Shown piece by piece: positions 57,565 to 64,000 of a DNA stretch of 64,000 bases (position 1 is its first letter; each line of letters starts with the position of its first letter). Location of the stretch: assembly GCA_021323375.2 (NCBI GenBank), contig JAJPCT020000016.1, positions 1 through 64,000 of the forward strand, written 5' to 3'. Below the pieces are notes generated by a model, which was not told where the DNA came from, ran no database searches, and worked only from the letters and a program-made list of their open reading frames with translations. A program made the position numbers and the translations under genes. Source of the stretch: Candidatus Wolframiiraptor gerlachensis (GTDB taxonomy: Archaea > Thermoproteota > Nitrososphaeria_A > Caldarchaeales > Wolframiiraptoraceae).

Positions 57565-59007
57565 TTAAGGTGTTTGCGCCGATTCCTCGCCCAGCCGCCG
57601 CTCTTCAACCCCAGAGCCCAAGTGGATTATCTTGACCAAGTGGACGAGCTCTTCCCTCATGCCATATGTGAGGACCGCAGTTGGTTCTCTCACCCTTATC
57701 TCGCCCCTCATGATCTTCTTCTCCAGCTCGTTTAAGCCCTCCTCATAGCTCGTTGAGAACGCCTCAACGGTCTCCACGCCTCTCAGGAGCATCAGTCTTC
57801 TCAGGGTTCTCTTGCTGGGTGAGACCGCTATCACGCTCACGGACGGCCTGAAGCCCGCTATCCTCTGAGCTGTTCTACCGGAGATTGTATAGATGAGTAT
57901 CGCGGCGTTAAGGGACTCGGCCAGCGAGGCGACACCATATGCGAATCTTGTTCTAATATCCTCCCTAGGATCCACGCTCCTCCTCGGGGGAGTTATCCCG
58001 GGCTCATATCTCTCGATTATCTTGTGGAGCCACTTGACCGCCTCGACCGGATATTTGCCGACCGCCGTCTCATTCGTTAGCATCAGGACATCTACGCCCT
58101 CGGATACCGCCGCGACCACGTCCACGACCTCGCTTCTCGTCGGGACAGGGTTCTCTATCATCGAGCCGAGGAGCTGTGTAGCGATTATCACGGGCTTGCC
58201 CCTCTCAATGGACTTTCTAATGATCACGCTCTGTAGCCTTGGAACCTCCTCGAGCGGGAAATGCATGCCTAGATCCCCTCTCGCGACAAGGATCGCGTCA
58301 GCCGCATCCACTATCTCCTCTAGGTTCTTCACAGCGGCTGGAATCTCTATCTTCGCTATTATCGATGTCTGCTCCGCTCCGAGTGATAGTAGCATACCCC
58401 TCAGCATCGCCACATCATGCTCTCCCCTGACATAGCTTAACCCGATATAGTCGAACTCCTCGGTAGCTGCGAACTTCACGATCTCAACCTCCCTGCTGCT
58501 TATTGTTGGCAGGTCTAGATCCCTACCCCTTACAACCATGCTCTTCCTACTGCTTATCCTCGCATTGGTCAAGGCCTTCAAGACGACCTCTGAGGCTGAT
58601 GCTGACTCAACCTCGAATGCCGCGAGGCCATCATCCATTAATATCACATGCCCGCGTCTCAGCACCTTGAGAACAGTCTCGTTGGGAAGCGGGATAACTT
58701 TCTCATCTCCCCCACGAGCCCTATCTAGGGGGACAAGTTTCACAAATTCTCCAGACCTCACCTCTATCGGCTCATCAAGTATCCCCACGCGGACTGATGG
58801 GCCTGGCAGATCACCTATAAGAGCTAGATGTGTTGCGAGCTCGGCCTCAACCTCCCTAACGATCCTAACGGTCTCCCTCCACTCCTCGATGGACCCATGG
58901 CTAAAGTTTATCCTGAAGATCCTCGCCCCGGCTAGCGCCATCCCCCTGACGATCTCACGGCTCCTACTAGCCACGCCAACGGTTACAGCAATCTTTGTCC
59001 TGGTCAT
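57565..59007 (-). CDS. pyk: Pyruvate kinase
   Basis: RINFSHG, IIAKIE, VARGDLG, ATQLLGSM, PTRSEV.D and ETAVGKYP motifs. Confidence 0.96.
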   Translation of the reverse strand: MTRTKIAVTVGVASRSREIVRGMALAGARIFRINFSHGSIEEWRETVRIVREVEAELATHLALIGDLPGPSVRVGILDEPIEVRSGEFVKLVPLDRARGGDEKVIPLPNETVLKVLRRGHVILMDDGLAAFEVESASASEVVLKALTNARISSRKSMVVRGRDLDLPTISSREVEIVKFAATEEFDYIGLSYVRGEHDVAMLRGMLLSLGAEQTSIIAKIEIPAAVKNLEEIVDAADAILVARGDLGMHFPLEEVPRLQSVIIRKSIERGKPVIIATQLLGSMIENPVPTRSEVVDVVAAVSEGVDVLMLTNETAVGKYPVEAVKWLHKIIERYEPGITPPRRSVDPREDIRTRFAYGVASLAESLNAAILIYTISGRTAQRIAGFRPSVSVIAVSPSKRTLRRLMLLRGVETVEAFSTSYEEGLNELEKKIMRGEIRVREPTAVLTYGMREELVHLVKIIHLGSGVEERRLGEESAQTP

Positions 59008-59057
59008 CCCATATCACTAGACAGGAGCTATGAGATAAGTTGTCCTCTCTAGGGGGC

Positions 59058-60122
59058 TTATAAGTATCCCTCAGCCTCGGCGAGCTCGGCATTTAGCACC
59101 GCGTTCCCAGCAGCCCCCCTGATCGTATTATGGCCCAAGACAAGGAACTTTACCCCATTTCTTAGAACCGGGTCTCTCCTAATCCTGCCGACGACCACCG
59201 ACATACCGTTACCAGCATACCTGTCCAGCCTCGGCTGAGGCCTATCCGGCTCATCCCTCACGATTATCGGCCTCTCCGGCGCGGTCGGCAGCCTGAGCTC
59301 CTGCGGCCTCCCCTTAAACCTCCTCATAGTCTCCGCGACATCCTCAGGCTCAGCCGGCTTATCCAGCTCGACGAAGATCGCCTCGAGATGCCCTTCGAGA
59401 ACATTAACTCTATGGCAGCTCGCCGAGATCTTGAAATCCGCGGGAGTGATCCTCGAGTTCTCCAGCCTGCCTAGGATCTTCAGCGCCTCCCGCTCAACCT
59501 TCTCCTCCTCATTTCTTATGTATGGTATGATGTTGTCCGTTATCGCCATAGAAGGCACCCCAGTCCAGCCCGCGCCCGAGAGAGCCTGCATCGTTGAGAC
59601 TATCACGCTCCTTATGCCATACTCATCCATGAGCGGTTTCAAGGCTATTATCATGGCATTCGACGTGCAGTTCGGGCTCGTGACTATGAAAGATCTCCAG
59701 CCCCTCTTCCTCTGCTCCCTGACAAGACCTAGGTGATCGGGATTAACCTCGCCTATCAGGATCGGGACATCCGGCTCCATCCTATAGGCACTCGTATCGC
59801 TTATCACAGGGATCCCCTCCCTCGCGAACTCAGCCTCAACCTCTCTAGCCACCTCCGATGGAAGCGCTGAGAATACTAGATCTACATCTCCCTCATGCTT
59901 AACATCCTCAAGCCGCGCCTCAACAACACGCATCCCCGCTGCCCGCTCCGGAATCTCGCCCTCAATACACCAGTGAACAACCTCAGCATACTTCTTCCCC
60001 GCAGATCTCGAGGAAGCAGCTAAGACCTCGAGCTCAAACCTCGGATGATCAGAGAGCAACTTGACAAATCTCTGACCGACCATCCCCGTAGCGCCCAGCA
60101 CAGCAACCCTCAACTTATCCAT
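59058..60122 (-). CDS. asd: Aspartate-semialdehyde dehydrogenase
   Basis: LGATGMVGQ, PNCT, QALSGAG and HNTIRGAAG motifs; ATG at 60122. Confidence 0.96.
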   Translation of the reverse strand: MDKLRVAVLGATGMVGQRFVKLLSDHPRFELEVLAASSRSAGKKYAEVVHWCIEGEIPERAAGMRVVEARLEDVKHEGDVDLVFSALPSEVAREVEAEFAREGIPVISDTSAYRMEPDVPILIGEVNPDHLGLVREQRKRGWRSFIVTSPNCTSNAMIIALKPLMDEYGIRSVIVSTMQALSGAGWTGVPSMAITDNIIPYIRNEEEKVEREALKILGRLENSRITPADFKISASCHRVNVLEGHLEAIFVELDKPAEPEDVAETMRRFKGRPQELRLPTAPERPIIVRDEPDRPQPRLDRYAGNGMSVVVGRIRRDPVLRNGVKFLVLGHNTIRGAAGNAVLNAELAEAEGYL

Positions 60123-60284
60123 ATGCACTCCACCCCAACCCCATGCACCAAAACAGCCATGAATTAAAACTTTTGACATGCTCTAAGAACAATCTCCTAG
60201 ACACTTGACTCATGCCCCTTAAACTCCACATTCCATGATTACGGATAGCCCTCCAAATACTTATAAGAAGGGTTTAGGCTGGTT

Positions 60285-60731
60285 GTGCGAGGTGCAGTCT
60301 TAGTTTTGGGTATGATTCCTCGTGATAAGCTTATCGGAATGCAGGTATACAACCCGAATGGAACATTTGTTGGGATTGTTCAGGATATTGCTCTGCCGCT
60401 TGGAGAAGGTGAGATGGGCATAGTAGTGACGACAAGGGCGCAGGCTATGGAGACGATTCCATGGAGCAAGATCTCAGCCGTTGGAGATATCATAATCCTC
60501 AAGGAGAATATTGAGATTAAGGTCCCGCCCGTGGAGATGGCCGCGCCGCAGGCCTTCCCATCACCTCAGGCACCATCAACAGAGAGCAAGGCTGGAGGAG
60601 CCTTGAAATCCATCGCCGGGGTCTTTAAGAGGGGTGGGGAGAAGCCCGCCTGCCCAACATGCGGCAAGTCATTAACATATATCGAGCAGTATAAGAGATG
60701 GTACTGCTATAACTGCGGCAAATACGTCTAG
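60285..60731 (+). CDS. PRC-barrel domain protein with C-terminal Zn ribbon
   Basis: LIGMQVYNPNG..VG.VQDI and IPW..I.AVGDIIIL; Pro/Ala linker; CPTC...WYCYNC. Confidence 0.85.
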   Translation: MRGAVLVLGMIPRDKLIGMQVYNPNGTFVGIVQDIALPLGEGEMGIVVTTRAQAMETIPWSKISAVGDIIILKENIEIKVPPVEMAAPQAFPSPQAPSTESKAGGALKSIAGVFKRGGEKPACPTCGKSLTYIEQYKRWYCYNCGKYV

Positions 60732-60792
60732 CATTCACTCAATTAATCATTTTTGGCCGTTTTAGCTGAGCTGGCAAAATTTTGTATTTTGA

Positions 60793-62187
60793 TCAGTGTG
60801 CTATATTTAAGCCGAATGCTCTGTGTACCGCTCTTAGCGCCTTGACACCATCCTCTTCTTTGACTGCGAAGGAGATGTTGAGCTCTGATGATCCCTGTGC
60901 TATCATCTTTATGTTTATGCCCTCTGCGGCGACCGCGTTGAAGATTTTCGCGGCTACCCCGGGCTTGCCCCTCATCCCGGATCCTATGACTGCTATTACG
61001 CATATCCCCTCCTCATAGTCTATCTTTATCTCGTCCTCGGCGAACTCGCTCTTTATCGCCTTTAGCGCCTTTTTCAGGTCCTCTCTCGGCAGGGCTATCG
61101 AGATGTTTGCCTGCGATGATGCCTGTGAGACCATTATCACTTGGGCGCCTATCCTCGCGAGGAGGTCTAGGAGCTTGACATTAGTGTTCATAGCTTCTGA
61201 TGAGCCGATTCCGCTTGCGAGGATTATCGCCGCATCCCTTATCATCGTCAAAGCCTTGACGGTGTCGGACTCAGCCACTCTACTTATCAGCGTTCCCTCA
61301 GCGGATGGATTATAGAAGTTCTTCACCCTTATCGGGATATTCTCCTTGGAGGCTGGCTCGAGCGCCCCCGGGTGGATGACCTTCGCGCCGAAATATGCTA
61401 GCTCAAGAACCTCATCATAGGACATTCGCGATATCGGCCTTGCCTCTGGCACGAGCTTGGGATCCGCGGTCATCACGCCATCAACATCCTTCCAGAGGAT
61501 TATCTCGTCAACTTTGAGCGCCGCGCCTATTATTGTCGCGGTATAGTCGGATCCGCCCCTTCCCAAGGTCGTGATTACACCATCAGGAGTCGAGGCTATG
61601 AACCCTGTCACCACCGGGACTATCCCCTTCTCCAATAGGGGGCCAAGCCTCCTCCTAACCTCATGATATGTTATCCCCAGCGGCTTAGCGGATCCAAACT
61701 CGTCATTCGTGATTATGCCCGCATCCCATCCAGTGAGATACTCCGCCTTGACGCCGTGATCAACAAGCGAGCCCCAGAAGATCCTTGTCGAGAGCCTCTC
61801 GCCGAATGATAGGGCATAGTCCTTGATCCTCGGCGTGACCTCCTTTAGGTATGCGGTTATTGAGAGGAGCTTTCCGAGCTCCTCGATCTCCTGCTCAAGC
61901 TTCTCCCAAACATTTCTTCTTAGATCCTCCTTTCCTATCGCCTCCATGCAGGCATTTTTATGCCTCGCTCTAAGGCTCTCGATGAAGCTACGCACCTCGT
62001 CCTCGCGCCCCTTCTCAGCACTCCCAAGCGCCCCGAGTATCCCATCAGTTACACCGCTGAGCGCGGATACAACTGCGACAACGCGGCACCCGCGCTCGAC
62101 ATAATCCCTGACTATCTCGGCGGACCTCCTCAGAGTAGACCCGTCCTTGACACAGCTTCCGCCGAACTTCATCACGTAGCTGGCCAT
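60793..62187 (-). CDS. lysC: Aspartate kinase
   Basis: KFGGS, VVSAL, TLGRGGSDYTA, DVDGVMTADP and two ACT domains. Confidence 0.96.
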   Translation of the reverse strand: MASYVMKFGGSCVKDGSTLRRSAEIVRDYVERGCRVVAVVSALSGVTDGILGALGSAEKGREDEVRSFIESLRARHKNACMEAIGKEDLRRNVWEKLEQEIEELGKLLSITAYLKEVTPRIKDYALSFGERLSTRIFWGSLVDHGVKAEYLTGWDAGIITNDEFGSAKPLGITYHEVRRRLGPLLEKGIVPVVTGFIASTPDGVITTLGRGGSDYTATIIGAALKVDEIILWKDVDGVMTADPKLVPEARPISRMSYDEVLELAYFGAKVIHPGALEPASKENIPIRVKNFYNPSAEGTLISRVAESDTVKALTMIRDAAIILASGIGSSEAMNTNVKLLDLLARIGAQVIMVSQASSQANISIALPREDLKKALKAIKSEFAEDEIKIDYEEGICVIAVIGSGMRGKPGVAAKIFNAVAAEGINIKMIAQGSSELNISFAVKEEDGVKALRAVHRAFGLNIAH

Positions 62188-62331
62188 GGCCTCCCGCCCT
62201 CCAAGGATGTCTCGCCGCTGAATTCTCTCACCAAAGGAAATTTTCCGGCTTATAGCCTTAAGCCGAGCCTGTCTCTGCAGCGCTAGCCTAATTAACGGGT
62301 TGGAGGGTAGGGGGCACGGGAGGCTGCTTGA

Positions 62332-62799
62332 ATGAGGGTTAAGCTTACTCTAGCTCTTAGTGATAGGCCCGGCGTCCTCTTGAAGGCCTTGGAACAGATC
62401 GCCTTGAATGGCGGTAATATTGTCTCGATAATTCATCGGAGGGATAGCATTACATCGGGCTATGTGCCCGTGAGCATTAACGTGGAGTTTCCTGATTCGG
62501 CGAGCCTTGAGAGGGCTAAGAAGGGAATAGAGGCCTCGGGGATACCGGTGATCGAGGCTGAGACCCTTGAGAAAGCCATTTGCACGATACTATTGATAGG
62601 TGCCGTGAAGATCGAGGATCTACTTAGAAGAGTTCATGAGCTCGGGTCTAGAGTTGCTGAGGTCTCCATGACCGGCGGCTTAACATCCCCATGCATCAAG
62701 GCGGTTATCGAGGCCCCATCCGAGAAGCTTAGCACACTTCTCGCATCCTTAGAGAGCTTTGCCGAGGAGCAGGGAGCGCTCCTGATAACCGAGTGGTGA
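62332..62799 (+). CDS. ACT-domain protein (probable allosteric subunit of homoserine dehydrogenase)
   Basis: LSDRPGVL...GGNIVSIIH; overlaps hom. Confidence 0.85.
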   Translation: MRVKLTLALSDRPGVLLKALEQIALNGGNIVSIIHRRDSITSGYVPVSINVEFPDSASLERAKKGIEASGIPVIEAETLEKAICTILLIGAVKIEDLLRRVHELGSRVAEVSMTGGLTSPCIKAVIEAPSEKLSTLLASLESFAEEQGALLITEW

Positions 62800-63791
62800 A
62801 GAGAATCATGTTGAGATGCATCATAGTTGGATACGGCTTCCTCGGGAAGAGGCTCGCCAAGCTAATAGCCTCTGGAGCTGTTAGGGGCATCAAGCTCGTT
62901 GGGATAGCATCCTCCAAGGGATACATCTACAAGGAGGATGGATTTCTGCCAGGCGATCTCCCGGATGACCTACGATCATCCAGCATGCTGAGGCTCGCGC
63001 CCGCATCAGAGCTCATCGATAAGAGGATTGCTGATCTTCTGGTCGAGCTTACTCCAACAAATATTAGGGATGGCGAGCCGGGGCTGAGCCATATCAGGCT
63101 CGCACTCGAACAGGGCATGGATGTTGTAACGGCGAATAAGGGGCCTATAGCCCTCGCGTATAAGGAGCTGATGGGGCTCGCCGAGGAAAAGGGCGCGATG
63201 CTCCTGCACGAGGCCACCGTCGGCGGCGGGATACCGCTCATCTCCCTCAAGAACCGCTGCCTAGTAGCCGACGAGCTCCTATCAATCAAGGGGATACTGA
63301 ATGGGACTACCAACTATATTCTTAGCAGGATGCACTTCGAGGGGATGAGCCTCGATCTCGCGCTAAGGGAGGCTCAGATGCTCGGAATAGCCGAGAGGGA
63401 CCCCACGCTCGACTTGGAGGGCGTGGACACAGCGCTGAAGCTCGTCATACTCGCGAACAGCCTGATGAACATGAGTAAGAGACTGAGCGACGTGAAGATC
63501 AAAGGGATAACCGGGATAACGAGCGAGGCCATCGCGGCGGCGAAGGAATCCGGGATGACGATAAAGCTCATCGGGATCGCTGATGAGGATGGCCTCAGGG
63601 TAGCGCCCAAACTCGTAAGGCTGAATGACCCAATATGCGTTCATGGAACCCTGAATGCTGTCAGCTTCAATTTCAGGATCCTCGGGAGGCTCACGATAAT
63701 CGGGGAGGGTGCTGGCGAATCAACAGTCTCAGCCCTCATAAATGATATCCATGAGGTTGTGAAGACTAGGATGCGGTCAAATAGGATTTAA
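62793..63791 (+). CDS. hom: Homoserine dehydrogenase
   Basis: GYGFLG, VVTANKGP, EATVGGGIP, GILNGTTNYIL and DLEGVD motifs. Confidence 0.96.
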   Translation: MVKRIMLRCIIVGYGFLGKRLAKLIASGAVRGIKLVGIASSKGYIYKEDGFLPGDLPDDLRSSSMLRLAPASELIDKRIADLLVELTPTNIRDGEPGLSHIRLALEQGMDVVTANKGPIALAYKELMGLAEEKGAMLLHEATVGGGIPLISLKNRCLVADELLSIKGILNGTTNYILSRMHFEGMSLDLALREAQMLGIAERDPTLDLEGVDTALKLVILANSLMNMSKRLSDVKIKGITGITSEAIAAAKESGMTIKLIGIADEDGLRVAPKLVRLNDPICVHGTLNAVSFNFRILGRLTIIGEGAGESTVSALINDIHEVVKTRMRSNRI

Positions 63792-63827
63792 GCGGGCTCG
63801 TGATCGGCTCTGTCCCCGGGAGCAGGC

Positions 63828-64000
63828 ATGCCTAAGATAGCTGTGGTCGGCCATCTAACAATAGACGAGATAGAGGTTGAGTGTGGAAGCTATACGAGTA
63901 TGGGTGGGGTCGCCTGCTACGCCTCCCTCGCCGCGAGGGTACTCGGCGCTGACGTGAAGATATTCACAAGGATTGGAGGAGACTTCCCGAGAAACTATCT
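63828..64000 (+). CDS. PfkB-family carbohydrate kinase (partial, runs off window end)
   Basis: Hand translation: MPKIAVVGHLTIDEI...GGVACYASLAARVLG...IGGDF. Confidence 0.8.
   Translation, partial: MPKIAVVGHLTIDEIEVECGSYTSMGGVACYASLAARVLGADVKIFTRIGGDFPRNY

Noticed and set aside
26459-63791. Numerous antisense and nested ORFs of 60-200 aa in the track (e.g. 55013-55600, 55963-56547, 57893-58435)
   Set aside because: They are shadow frames of well-supported genes, Ser/Ile/Leu-rich and without motifs.

Overview
Chromosomal window from a thermophilic TACK-group archaeon. The gene content (ESCRT-III/CdvB, tungsten-type AOR, Tat-anchored Thr-rich solute-binding proteins, unlinked 23S rRNA) suggests Aigarchaeota/Caldarchaeales-like affinity; this assignment is inference. 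From left to right: a KaiC-ATPase signalling module with a type IV pilin; RNase P RNA; a GPN GTPase; an unannotated box C/D guide sRNA; a sugar/polyol catabolic cluster containing a divergent thermosome subunit; a stand-alone 23S rRNA gene with two bulge-helix-bulge (BHB) introns (44 nt, and 637 nt with a decayed LAGLIDADG-type endonuclease); purine and mevalonate genes; a frameshifted, serine-less IS110/Nop-like RuvC gene flanked by two related structured non-coding RNA candidates; a broken-up rpoD-L18e-L13-S9-rpoN-eno-S2 cluster; an oligopeptide ABC transporter whose binding protein appears circularly permuted; and housekeeping, glycolysis and aspartate-pathway genes. I found no CRISPR array or tRNA. 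All calls come from motif recognition and hand-derived base pairing; no database searches were run.
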